NCBI GenBank assembly: GCA_046482545.1
Contig: JAWOEX010000045.1
Span: 20,069 to 84,068, forward strand
Direction of reading: 5' to 3'
Source: Candidatus Thorarchaeota archaeon
GTDB lineage: Archaea > Asgardarchaeota > Thorarchaeia > Thorarchaeales > Thorarchaeaceae
DNA length: 64,000 nucleotides
Positions 31,549 through 41,046 of this stretch are shown in pieces (position 1 is the stretch's first letter; every line of letters starts with the position of its first letter). The notes under the pieces are model-generated. The model ran no database searches. It saw only the letters and a program-made list of their open reading frames with translations, and was not told the origin of the DNA. Both the position numbers and the translations under genes were made by a program.

Positions 31549-32115
31549 CTATCCCGCAATGGTTGAACCCGGTGGATAGTCTTCCATGAACTCATCTTTC
31601 AAGATGTCCATTGCCACAAAATCATGGAATTCGCCCTGTGTGTAAGCTGCTTTTCTGAATGTCCCGCACTTCTTGAATCCGGCCTTTTCATAGGCATTGA
31701 TGGCACCCACGTTATGATCAAGTGTAAGCAAGAATATGCTATTGAGACCGAGTACATGAAATCCAATCCACAGCATAACTCGCGTTGCATCAGTGCCATA
31801 TCCCTGACTGTGATTTTCTGGATTATGAATAGCAATTCCAAATTCAGCTCGGCTGTGTTGTTTTGATATATCCATGAGACTCACAGTTCCCAGAAATTCA
31901 CCAGTCTCTTTGTCTTCAATCGCTAAGGTTAAACCCCCATCTTTCCATGGTTGACTTTTGCTTGCGCTTTCCAGCCACTCTTTCTCTGTTCCCTTAGACA
32001 TCGGAACCGCTGAGTACAGGAACTTCCTTGTTTGGTAGGTATTCCAATGCTTCATTATGCTGTCTAAGTCATCTATCTCTAGTGCCCGAAGCCGAACTTC
32101 CTTGCCGGAATACAT
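31549..32115 (-). CDS. RimJ/RimL-type GNAT acetyltransferase
   Basis: AEFGIAI, QGYGT, N..AI.AYEKAGF. Confidence 0.88.
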   Translation of the reverse strand: MYSGKEVRLRALEIDDLDSIMKHWNTYQTRKFLYSAVPMSKGTEKEWLESASKSQPWKDGGLTLAIEDKETGEFLGTVSLMDISKQHSRAEFGIAIHNPENHSQGYGTDATRVMLWIGFHVLGLNSIFLLTLDHNVGAINAYEKAGFKKCGTFRKAAYTQGEFHDFVAMDILKDEFMEDYPPGSTIAG

Positions 32116-32269
32116 GATTTGACTCCTATTTTGATATATTCGTAATGCTACTATTTCGAGCAGGCGCTATCCTTTTAAATTACCGATTCGCCAGTAAGAA
32201 CAAGAGGTATCGCTTGAGGAGGTTCTTACCATACTACAGTACGATTTACCGATTGGCATATCGCAAAGC

Positions 32270-32599
32270 TTGATCTATCTGGTGCTTCTGGCTGTCATAT
32301 CACTGGTCATAAACGCTATCTTCCTAGGAATAGCACTCGGCTTTGTGAACGGCAAGAATAGAGATTTGGGAGATACGGTCGTTACAGCATTTTTCATGGC
32401 TATCGTGATGATTATTCCCTGCATAGGATGCATTCTACAGTGGTGGATTATCAAATCACGCCATAAGATAGGATGGGGCAAGGCAATAACAGCTTGGATT
32501 ATGACTTTTATAATTGAAATAGTCGTTTTCGCGGTCATTGCCATAGTATTCCTAGGTGGCTTAAGCGTTCTCTGGTCACTAATACCAATCAGCCCGTAA
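32270..32599 (+). CDS. Small membrane protein
   Basis: Three hydrophobic segments. Confidence 0.6.
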   Translation: MIYLVLLAVISLVINAIFLGIALGFVNGKNRDLGDTVVTAFFMAIVMIIPCIGCILQWWIIKSRHKIGWGKAITAWIMTFIIEIVVFAVIAIVFLGGLSVLWSLIPISP

Positions 32600-32649
32600 T
32601 ACTGCATGGATGACTATAGTCAATCCGCGGTGCTCGGAAGGATTCCCGC

Positions 32650-33318
32650 ATGGAAGACGGTGGAAGTCCAAACGGGGTTCTACCCGACTCCCCTTCCGAT
32701 ATTGAAAGCAACGATTCTCTAAAGCCAGAGTATCAAGAAATACTCACGCACCCAATACGATTTTTCCAGATTGCTTCACCCTTTCTCACGTCCCACCATC
32801 CTGCCTGCCCGGAATTTTCACTCCACACTTTTGAATTCAGAGGCCGTCATTGGTGTATAGGTTGTTTTTTCAATACCCTATCATTTGTAGTTGGCATCCT
32901 TGTATTATTCTCCCTCTGGCTAACTCAGATTGTATCTTTCAATCGGTTCTTTCTATTCTGGGGCGGAATTGTAGGAGTCCTAGTTTATTTACTGGCCAGT
33001 GCTCTTCACCTAACTGAGACTAAACGAATCAAGATACTATCCAAGTTTCTTCTTGGGGGGTCATTTGCAGCTGTTGTTTGGTCAATCCTCCTAGCTGATG
33101 GCCTTCTCTCAATGCTGCGGGAGAAAGTGGCACTCATTTTTCTTCTCTATTTTATTGCCGTTGCCGCGTTAAGCATCAAACGAGTACTTGAGACGACAGA
33201 TGTGTGTGAAAATTGTGAGTATGAAATGGATTGGCGAAACTGTCCGGGTTTTGAGCCAATAGTGCCCAAGCTGGTGAAGGAAGGGTTCCTTGTAAAGGAA
33301 TCAAGGGCACACACCTGA
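32650..33318 (+). CDS. Membrane protein with His/Cys clusters
   Basis: SHHPAC..H, WCIGC, CENC...C and four TM segments. Confidence 0.6.
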   Translation: MEDGGSPNGVLPDSPSDIESNDSLKPEYQEILTHPIRFFQIASPFLTSHHPACPEFSLHTFEFRGRHWCIGCFFNTLSFVVGILVLFSLWLTQIVSFNRFFLFWGGIVGVLVYLLASALHLTETKRIKILSKFLLGGSFAAVVWSILLADGLLSMLREKVALIFLLYFIAVAALSIKRVLETTDVCENCEYEMDWRNCPGFEPIVPKLVKEGFLVKESRAHT

Positions 33319-33350
33319 ATCTTGGTAAGCCATACGCGGATAAAGCCATT

Positions 33351-33995
33351 TTGCGTAAATGCCAAGACCCTTTCACGTTCATTCGAGAGAGAACAGGTAT
33401 GAATCCTTACAAGGAGGAATTCGATCCGCCCATTGTGAAAGTTCCTGCTGAAAAGGTGCGCTTTCCAGATATCTGTCCGGTTTGCACTTCTGAGGCAACC
33501 AACAGAATACGGGTGTTAGCTTATCCCAACAAGGAACAGTATCTACGTCCTAGTTGGAATCCCGCCCACACTCCAAGTGCGAGAAGGCGGTTAGATATTC
33601 CCACTCCTGACTCAAGGACCTTCTTGGTTCCCGTTTGTAGCGACCACTACCATACAGGAAACATTGACTGGCGCTTGAAGATAATGTGTGTACTCGGAAA
33701 TGGCATCAGCTTTTCTTTACTGTTTTTTGCTTGGTTGAACCTTGCCAATGCTCTAACGATGGAATCGAGGATTCAATTCTGGATATTCGGAGCTGGAATC
33801 TTCTTTGCGGCAACGATTTTAGCTATTCCCCTGGCATTTGGTAGGAATAAGTTGCGGAACTCTTTTCGAATCATTGGTTTCGACTCTGATGCTCAGAATG
33901 TTTGGTTTCAGTTGACAAATGATAATTATCGCGAAAGGTTCGTTGAAGAGAACGCTATGGACGCCGAGCTGGTCAACTGGGTGAAACGAGCCTAA
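33351..33995 (+). CDS. Hypothetical Zn-ribbon plus 2-TM protein
   Basis: FPDICPVC ... VPVCSDH; two TM helices. Confidence 0.6.
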   Translation: MRKCQDPFTFIRERTGMNPYKEEFDPPIVKVPAEKVRFPDICPVCTSEATNRIRVLAYPNKEQYLRPSWNPAHTPSARRRLDIPTPDSRTFLVPVCSDHYHTGNIDWRLKIMCVLGNGISFSLLFFAWLNLANALTMESRIQFWIFGAGIFFAATILAIPLAFGRNKLRNSFRIIGFDSDAQNVWFQLTNDNYRERFVEENAMDAELVNWVKRA

Positions 33996-34083
33996 TTTGG
34001 ATTAAGGATTTTGAGAAGGAGTTTCCTACCTGTGGATTAAAAAGGGCGATGTGGCCGGTACAGGCCACATCGTACCGTTTGTT

Positions 34084-34473
34084 CTACTTGACTTTCAGCT
34101 CTTTCTCGTCTTTCCAGAGTCCATGTATGTTGCAGTAACTGGTCGCAAGCAACTTACCCGGCTTCTCTGTCTTGAAAGCGAACGCAGCATACGGTTCACA
34201 GTATACAGTACTCGTGTCTGCTCCCTTTACTGATGCACCATGTGAATCGAACGATACATAGCCGATTTCATACGGGAAATTCTCGCCTTCAGGCCAGAAG
34301 AAGAGGTCTGCCCACTTTATGTGGTGTGCTGTTGTGTTCGGGTGAGGGATTTCCTTGCCCACCTCTATTGTGACATGCACAACTTCTCCCTTTTTCACCG
34401 CATCAGGAGCATCAATCACCGGTACATGCTTTTCGTTCTTCCAGTCGTCACTTTGTAGCCAATTCCTATCCAT
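34084..34473 (-). CDS. sor: Superoxide reductase (neelaredoxin type)
   Basis: EKHVP, HPNTTAHHI, YCNIHGLW. Confidence 0.93.
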   Translation of the reverse strand: MDRNWLQSDDWKNEKHVPVIDAPDAVKKGEVVHVTIEVGKEIPHPNTTAHHIKWADLFFWPEGENFPYEIGYVSFDSHGASVKGADTSTVYCEPYAAFAFKTEKPGKLLATSYCNIHGLWKDEKELKVK

Positions 34474-34633
34474 TTTGTCCCAACCTCAAGGGTCACATTT
34501 ATGATATGACCAACGTAAATAACTAACGGGGAGTTGTTAAAATCCTTCCCTTATCACAGTAATCGCACCTTCTGGGCATGGTCAACGAAATGCTAGCTAT
34601 CGGTTAGCCTGCGACGCCAAAGTTCCCGAATCA

Positions 34634-36124
34634 TTATGGCTTTTCTTCGAACCCCCCTAGCTTTTCAAGCGACCATTCGCCCTTTTCTGTGAGGGTGTAG
34701 TACTTCGTCTTGCGTGCGGCTTGTTCCATTTTCGTTGACGTGAGAAGCCCCTGTTCTTCCAGCTCTTTTAGGTGCTGATAAACTGTCGCCACGCGAATCT
34801 CAATTCCAAATCGCTCTGCGAGATCCTTCCAGAGCTGGTATCCGTATGATTCTCTTTCTGAAAGGAGTTTGAGGATTGAGAGTTTGGATCTTCCCAGCTT
34901 AGTGGTGAATTTCCGGTGCTCAACCTGATTGAGGATATTGCGGAGTTTTCGTTCTCCCTTGACCAGTTCTCGTGCCACTTCTGGGTATTTGAGCCCCATG
35001 CCTGTGATGACACAGACCACCGTTGAGTCACCCCCTATGATATCATCTTCACAGAGTTGTCGCAATGCAACCAGTGTTGTCGCAGAAGCAGGTTCTGCAA
35101 ATACGCCCTCCTTCTTGGCAAGTTCTCCTACTGCAGCAAGCATGTCCTCGTCCGGCACTGAGAGAGCGAGCCCATCTGATTCCTTGAGTGCCTGAAGTGC
35201 AAGCTTTCCACATGAGGGATTCCTCATACTGATGTCCATTGCCACCTCCGATACTCCAGCTGGCATCTCAATGTGTTCTAACCCCTCTTGAAAGGCGTTA
35301 ACGATTGGTGCACATTCCTCAGCCTGTGTACCCACAAGCCGAGGGAGTCTCTCTATGAACCCAAGTGTATGTAGCTCTTTCAGCCCTTTCCAAATCATGG
35401 AAAGATGCCCGCCGTTTCCCATAGGGACAATCAGCCAATCGGGCGTTGACCATCCTAGCTGGTCACTGATTTCGTATCCAGTTGTTTTGAGCCCCTCAAG
35501 AAACCACGGATTATCGGGCCGCAATATGCGGCTATGATTTTCTCTGGATTTTGCCTTCCTCATCGCTTCTTTATGGTTTCTGGATACTTCAACTTCGGCG
35601 CCAAAGGCTATAATCTGGTATAACTTGCCCATGTCTATGCTCCTATCACGTGGCAAATGGATTATTGGACGGATTGCAGCTCTGGCGCCATAGGCTACCA
35701 GTGATGCGGCAAGGTTTCCGCTAGATGCACAATGTATCGATTTGAACCCAAATTCGCGGGCGACAGATATCTCAACTGCTGCCCCTCTGTCTATGAACGC
35801 TCCAGTAGGATTTGTTGTTTCATCTTTGAGATACAGCTTTGCGCAACCTAAGCTACTGGCAAGCCTTTCAGAGGTATGAAGTGGAGTTCCTCCTTCGCCA
35901 AGGGTGACGATTTCACTTCGCTCTGATAAGGGAAGCAGTTCATGGTACTTCCAAACGCTTGCTGGTCTACATAGTATGTCTTCTTTCTGCAAAACTTGTC
36001 CGATATGGTTCAAATCATAGCCAACCTGAAGAACTCCACCGCATCCACTACAGTGAGTAACCATGGACTGGGCATCAAACTCGTCTCCACACTTCGTGCA
36101 TACTAGCCTCGACACAAATACCAT
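34634..36124 (-). CDS. Threonine-synthase-like (fold II PLP) protein lacking the Schiff-base Lys, fused to a C-terminal PadR-type wHTH
   Basis: N-terminal Zn ribbon, TLGEGGTPL, NPTGAFIDRG (canonical FKDRG), SSGN, PMGNGG, EPASA; C-terminal ILKLL...YGYQLW...VYQHLKELEEQGL...KYYTLTEKG. Confidence 0.85.
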   Translation of the reverse strand: MVFVSRLVCTKCGDEFDAQSMVTHCSGCGGVLQVGYDLNHIGQVLQKEDILCRPASVWKYHELLPLSERSEIVTLGEGGTPLHTSERLASSLGCAKLYLKDETTNPTGAFIDRGAAVEISVAREFGFKSIHCASSGNLAASLVAYGARAAIRPIIHLPRDRSIDMGKLYQIIAFGAEVEVSRNHKEAMRKAKSRENHSRILRPDNPWFLEGLKTTGYEISDQLGWSTPDWLIVPMGNGGHLSMIWKGLKELHTLGFIERLPRLVGTQAEECAPIVNAFQEGLEHIEMPAGVSEVAMDISMRNPSCGKLALQALKESDGLALSVPDEDMLAAVGELAKKEGVFAEPASATTLVALRQLCEDDIIGGDSTVVCVITGMGLKYPEVARELVKGERKLRNILNQVEHRKFTTKLGRSKLSILKLLSERESYGYQLWKDLAERFGIEIRVATVYQHLKELEEQGLLTSTKMEQAARKTKYYTLTEKGEWSLEKLGGFEEKP

Positions 36125-36147
36125 GTATCTAACATCCTTGGTTAGTG

Positions 36148-36174
36148 CCTATATATAGGTAGAAACTTATATAT
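36148..36174. promoter_or_regulatory. Overlapping palindromes in the divergent promoter
   Basis: CCTATATATAGG (36148-36159) and ATATATAGGT-AGAA-ACTTATATAT (36151-36174). Confidence 0.4.
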
Positions 36175-36279
36175 TGTTCTTTCAGAGAGTATAGTATGCT
36201 CAAAGCAATTGAACCGGTTATGGTGATGTAAGAAATTGCATTTCCGGCCCGATTGGTGTTCCACAAACTCCCTAGATAG

Positions 36280-36849
36280 GTGCAAACTACTATGGAATCG
36301 AACGAATATGCTCATGCCAGTAGAACAGTCTACCTAGCAATCATGGCCATACTAACAGCTCTCACAACAGTTGCTACAGCTGTGTTTATTATTCCGTTCC
36401 CCACATCAACGGGCTATCTGAATTTTGGTGACATACTTGTTATGATCAGCGGTATTCTCCTTGGACCGGTTGGAGCGTTCTTTGCTGGTGGTGTCGGTTC
36501 CGCCACCGCAGATGCGGTAATGGGTTACATACCCTTTGTTCCTATTACATTGGTAGTGAAAGGCTGCGAAGGAATGACTGTTAGTCTCATATCCCGGTTT
36601 CGAGATGGCGGTAGCAGTCTTCGCATTTTGGATGTAGTCGCTCTTATTGCCGCTGCATCTGTCATGTTAACCGGCTATCTCCTCGGTGAAGTTTTCATAA
36701 TTGGATTGACTTGGGAAGCAGCGTTTCTGGAATTGATTTTCTTGAATCTGCTTCAAGTCATAGTAGGTGCCATAGCTGCGGCCATTATCGGTCCCATTAT
36801 CAGGAGATATCTTCACCAAGAAATAGGGAAGCTGGAAATCAGTTGGTAA
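36280..36849 (+). CDS. ECF transporter substrate-binding S component
   Basis: IMAILTALTTVAT..IIPFP.STGYLNFGD...GGVGSA.AD...Y..F.P.TL.VKG.EG pattern. Confidence 0.85.
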   Translation: MQTTMESNEYAHASRTVYLAIMAILTALTTVATAVFIIPFPTSTGYLNFGDILVMISGILLGPVGAFFAGGVGSATADAVMGYIPFVPITLVVKGCEGMTVSLISRFRDGGSSLRILDVVALIAAASVMLTGYLLGEVFIIGLTWEAAFLELIFLNLLQVIVGAIAAAIIGPIIRRYLHQEIGKLEISW

Positions 36850-37474
36850 GAACGATTTAAGCCCCTCATAAACCTATAGTGTTTTTATTGGCGATTGTCA
36901 CCGATTCCAATGAACTTGGACGGAGCATCACAGCAATGTCTTCAAGAGATTGTATCTGAAACACGCTAGGATGGGAAGACAAGTAGAATCGTCAGTGATA
37001 TCCGATATATCGAGGGCAAGTTAGAAGATACTGAACGGCGGCTGAAGGTCTTACTTGGCTAGCGCTCGGAGTACAACTGCTTGCTTCCAAACTTGAGTCC
37101 GAAATCAATGATTTGAGAATTGAATGTGGTTTTTTTGCGCGTTGGATTATGTAGAACATTCAGATGATACCATCTGCGGTCAGAAGAAGTGTTTGAGAAT
37201 CACCACTAGCGTGGACAAGTTTATCAAAAAACCAGCTTGGGGCAGAAATCAAACCGAGTGAAATCCCAGAAGAAGCAAACCGACTTCTTGTAAACGATTT
37301 TTGGTAAAGCCAGACTGTTTTCGTGTGATTATCCCTCTTGTCCGAACCCCGCTTTGTGCCACTAGCCCCTTGTTACCATTCCGGCATAACGGCTTTTAGG
37401 ATAGTTTCAAAAAGAAGAAACGGTTATGTATTAACATGAGTTGATACAAACTGTATTGACTGGAAGTATCCCCT

Positions 37475-38752
37475 ATGGACAGACGGAAGCTGAAGATAGA
37501 CCCTAAGAGACTGGCTGAAATAAACGACCTATTGGTCAGTGAAGACAATCCCCTAGTTGATGAATTACTAGAGGTGATCGAGAAACATGGTGGTGTTGAA
37601 GAAATAAATGCCAAGGCGGAAGAAGCCAGAGAGCTTGACAATTTAATGGCCCGTCTTCGTGATAAGGACTCGCCCTTTGTAGAAGACCTTGAATGGCTAC
37701 AAAATGCACGGGACGATAGTGAGTTCATTTCTGTTCCGTCATACCGGCGTAAGGTTCTTGGTGACACATATGAAAGCATGACATTTGACGATGAACATGC
37801 AGTTACTCTTGAAATCAGTGCATGTCAGTTCTTCCCATGGGTGATACGAGAGGCGAGGAAGGCAATCGAGCATGAGGAGCTGATGCCCGGGAGATTCATC
37901 CGGGTGCGGTCAATGGAAGAGCAAGTGAAAGACGATCATGTTCTCGCCTTCGCCGCCGCGATGCAGATTGTTGGTGCTTCGTACGTTGAGACGCTTGATA
38001 CGAAGGGAACTCTACCTGGCCCTGATGGTCAGCCTGCTAACATTCATCTTGGTGGCCCTGACACGCTCACGGGCTATTTCGGTGGGGTCGGGATGCCTAA
38101 CGATTTCGCTCTGAAATGGGCCGATGAATTCTTGCACTACTATACTGAATATGGAATCAAACAGGTTCTTAATATTAACCCTGGTAGTGTACTCGTTGGT
38201 TACATGATGCACAAGCTAGGCATCGACATGGAATTCAAAATCAGTGTTTTCATGGGTAATGACAATCCATATGCTTGTTTGTGGACCCTGCTGACAGCCA
38301 AGCTGTTCAGTCGGAATGATGGAACAACTCCGCTGATAGGGTTCAACCTCAGCAATAGTGTGAACAAAGAGACCATTGAACTCGCGGCACAGATTCGTGA
38401 ACACTTCGGTTTTGGTGATGTTGTGCGCATTGAGCATCACATAACTGAGACTTACAAGGGCATTGTAAGGCAGCCCTACGATCGCCTAGACGAGCTCGTT
38501 GAACTTGCAGGTCATGTGAAGAATATCAGTGCGAAACATGAGGGTGGAATTCCGGAAGTGGATGCTGCACGAGACCATCCCAGCAACATTTTGGAATACT
38601 TTCTCAGCAAAGAGGAGATAGAAGAGCGCGGTTTGATGCCTGATTTGCTGACGAACTACTTGGATAAACATGACGCTCTCAATCGCACAGCCAAGGTGCT
38701 GACCGAAAATGGGCTCAGTTTCGTGGCGGCTAGAAACCTACATCACAACTAA
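37475..38752 (+). CDS. Conserved-looking hypothetical protein (soluble, enzyme-like)
   Basis: 425-aa ORF with Gly/His-rich motifs (LEISACQFFP, HLGG..T.TGYFGG, RIEHH, SAKHEG); no function recognised. Confidence 0.6.
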   Translation: MDRRKLKIDPKRLAEINDLLVSEDNPLVDELLEVIEKHGGVEEINAKAEEARELDNLMARLRDKDSPFVEDLEWLQNARDDSEFISVPSYRRKVLGDTYESMTFDDEHAVTLEISACQFFPWVIREARKAIEHEELMPGRFIRVRSMEEQVKDDHVLAFAAAMQIVGASYVETLDTKGTLPGPDGQPANIHLGGPDTLTGYFGGVGMPNDFALKWADEFLHYYTEYGIKQVLNINPGSVLVGYMMHKLGIDMEFKISVFMGNDNPYACLWTLLTAKLFSRNDGTTPLIGFNLSNSVNKETIELAAQIREHFGFGDVVRIEHHITETYKGIVRQPYDRLDELVELAGHVKNISAKHEGGIPEVDAARDHPSNILEYFLSKEEIEERGLMPDLLTNYLDKHDALNRTAKVLTENGLSFVAARNLHHN

Positions 38753-38812
38753 GTGATGTAGAGAGGGAATCGCTTAGTATCCCAAACTCACACGGAGATA
38801 AGTGAGTGATTT

Positions 38813-39277
38813 CTACATCCACGGTGTGATATTCTCATCGTACATCTGCTGTAGCCGATTCTTGTGGCTTTCCTCTTCCTTTGCCAAAGCTCGGAATATC
38901 GCTTTACTAGATGAATCCTCAGTCAGCTCGGCAAGAGCTGAGTAGAACTCGAAAGACGCTCGTTCGCGTTTCATTGCGACTATGAGTACGTCTTGAGGCG
39001 GGGATGACGGATTCAAGGGCACTTCTATCAGGTAGTCCTCCAGTGCGCGCTTCTCAACTTCCTCTATTGTACAGGCAAAAGTTTCACATATACCCTCATC
39101 AAGTGCCTTTTGCAACTTTTCCTTGTGGTTCTTTTCTTGTTCTGCAAGATCTTCAAGGAGTTTTTTCGATGCTGGATCTTCAGCATTTTCTACTCCATCC
39201 ATATAGAAATCGTACGCTTCTTCTTCTCGCTCGATGGCTAGATTAATCATTTTCCTGAAGGCTGCTTGGACACTCAC
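38813..39277 (-). CDS. Rubrerythrin/ferritin-like diiron protein
   Basis: AIEREEEAYDFY...EKNH and AMKRERASFEFY...EESH. Confidence 0.88.
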   Translation of the reverse strand: MSVQAAFRKMINLAIEREEEAYDFYMDGVENAEDPASKKLLEDLAEQEKNHKEKLQKALDEGICETFACTIEEVEKRALEDYLIEVPLNPSSPPQDVLIVAMKRERASFEFYSALAELTEDSSSKAIFRALAKEEESHKNRLQQMYDENITPWM

Positions 39278-39725
39278 TAGAGTTCCCCGCCATTCTGAGA
39301 TAGTAATCGTGTTTTAAGCATAATGGCATGTCGTGTATTCATTGCCAGATTTCTGGTATGTGTACCTTTTTGGAGGGAGAAAAGTAGAACACAGAAGTTT
39401 CAGGCATTTTGAATTCACTCACCTATAAGAAATATGTTATCTGGAGGATTTCGGAAATATACGGGGCACAACAATCTCTAGCTATTTCAGGGCAATAGAG
39501 AGGGATGAGTGGAAAGTTGCTGGAAAAAACCAGATGCGCGCATTGACGGCTGATTTCATTGTGAATTACGTTCAATGAGCTTTCGGATGGCTTATGGATA
39601 TTTTCAGCAAGTAAAAGTTGCCTTCCTAGAGCAGTCTCCTAGCTTTTCGAATCATTTGTTAACAAAACAAAAGACAAATCAGGCACCATTCCTAGTGTAT
39701 GCATAAGAGATTGAGGCGGCGAGAT

Positions 39726-40154
39726 ATGGACTTTTGGAGTGATGATTTTAAGGATGGCGAGGTCATTCCGGATAAATGCGCATACAAGAAAGACAACATC
39801 AATCCACATTTAGCGTGGAAGGATATTCCTGAAGAAACAGAAAGCTTTGCTCTAATTTGTAATGACCCTGATGCTCCGGTCGGCAATTGGCTGCATTGGC
39901 TTGTGCATGCAATACCACCGGATATACGGAGTATTGCGGCAGGTGCTCCTGTTCCTGGCAAGGAAGTTGAGAATGACTACGGTGAAGGAACATACGGTGG
40001 CCCGGCACCTCCCTCAGGTACGCATCGTTATTTCTTCACCTTGTACGCCTTGGATACTTCCGAGTTGAAGCGTCCTAGCAAGGGAAACTTCCGTGATTTA
40101 TGTGAAAAACACATGATAGAGAAAGCCCAAATCATGGGCACATACTCAGCTTAG
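39726..40154 (+). CDS. YbhB/YbcL (PEBP)-family protein
   Basis: DPDAP..W.HW, YGGPAPPSGTHRYFF.LYALD. Confidence 0.92.
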   Translation: MDFWSDDFKDGEVIPDKCAYKKDNINPHLAWKDIPEETESFALICNDPDAPVGNWLHWLVHAIPPDIRSIAAGAPVPGKEVENDYGEGTYGGPAPPSGTHRYFFTLYALDTSELKRPSKGNFRDLCEKHMIEKAQIMGTYSA

Positions 40155-40244
40155 TGAAGATTAGTGGCTTTCCGAATTTTTAATTAGCTATTCGGGTCAA
40201 GCCTTTCATTGAGTTGAACTTGCTATCGAAGAGGACAGTATACT

Positions 40245-41018
40245 ATGTCAGATGCCAAATTACTGGAAATACGGGACTTGCGGGTGGAAGTAGAAGGAAT
40301 TCCGATTCTGAAGGGCCTCGATCTGGGCTTCAGAGAAGATGGAGTATACGCCATATTGGGGCCGAATGCATCTGGAAAATCCACGCTTGCTAAGACTGTC
40401 ATGGGGTTGCCGAGCTATGAAGTCACTGGTGGAGATATTCTGATGAGCGGTGAATCGATACTCGATAAGAGTATAGACGAGCGTGCCAACATGGGCATTG
40501 CCTATGCCTTTCAAAGCCCACCCAGTATACCTGGCGTCAAGCTGGAAGATTTCATCTGTCGTGTGTGCCCGGACTACGGCTGCAAGGAACCACAAAATCA
40601 CCTTATGGGGAAGTCGTGTGCTGCACGACAGGAGCTCTATGAGAACTTCGAGCGGCTTGGTATAAAGAATCTGGCAAATCGCGACTTGAATACTAACTTC
40701 TCGGGTGGAGAGCTGAAACGGAGTGAACTGTTTCAAGTGCTATCACTCAAGCCGAGAATAATGTTCCTTGATGAACCCGATAGCGGTCTTGATTATGATT
40801 CGCTTAAGACAGTGGGTCGCGAGCTCAAGGCGATGCGAGACGAGGGAACTTCAACGATGGTAATCATATCCCACCACAGATACGTGCTTGAGTACCTCGA
40901 GGTTGATACTGTATACATTCTTGAAAATGGGCGACTCGCCTATGTTGGAGGCATGAAAGATATACCCGTTTTAGAACAGAAAGGCTACGACCGCTTCTTG
41001 GCGGAGGTTGCCAATTAG
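40245..41018 (+). CDS. sufC: Fe-S assembly ATPase SufC
   Basis: GPNASGKST, AFQ.P, FSGGELKR, LDEPDSG. Confidence 0.9.
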   Translation: MSDAKLLEIRDLRVEVEGIPILKGLDLGFREDGVYAILGPNASGKSTLAKTVMGLPSYEVTGGDILMSGESILDKSIDERANMGIAYAFQSPPSIPGVKLEDFICRVCPDYGCKEPQNHLMGKSCAARQELYENFERLGIKNLANRDLNTNFSGGELKRSELFQVLSLKPRIMFLDEPDSGLDYDSLKTVGRELKAMRDEGTSTMVIISHHRYVLEYLEVDTVYILENGRLAYVGGMKDIPVLEQKGYDRFLAEVAN

Positions 41019-41046
41019 GCTTACCGAAGAAGGTGGTGCAAAAGGG

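Noticed and set aside
34084-34473. Selenocysteine in superoxide reductase or other genes
   Set aside because: Cys ligand is encoded normally (YCNIHG); no in-frame TGA joining homologous segments was seen in the window.
36870-37400. Possible coiled-coil gene remnant
   Set aside because: Multiple stops and no recognisable family; cannot be supported.
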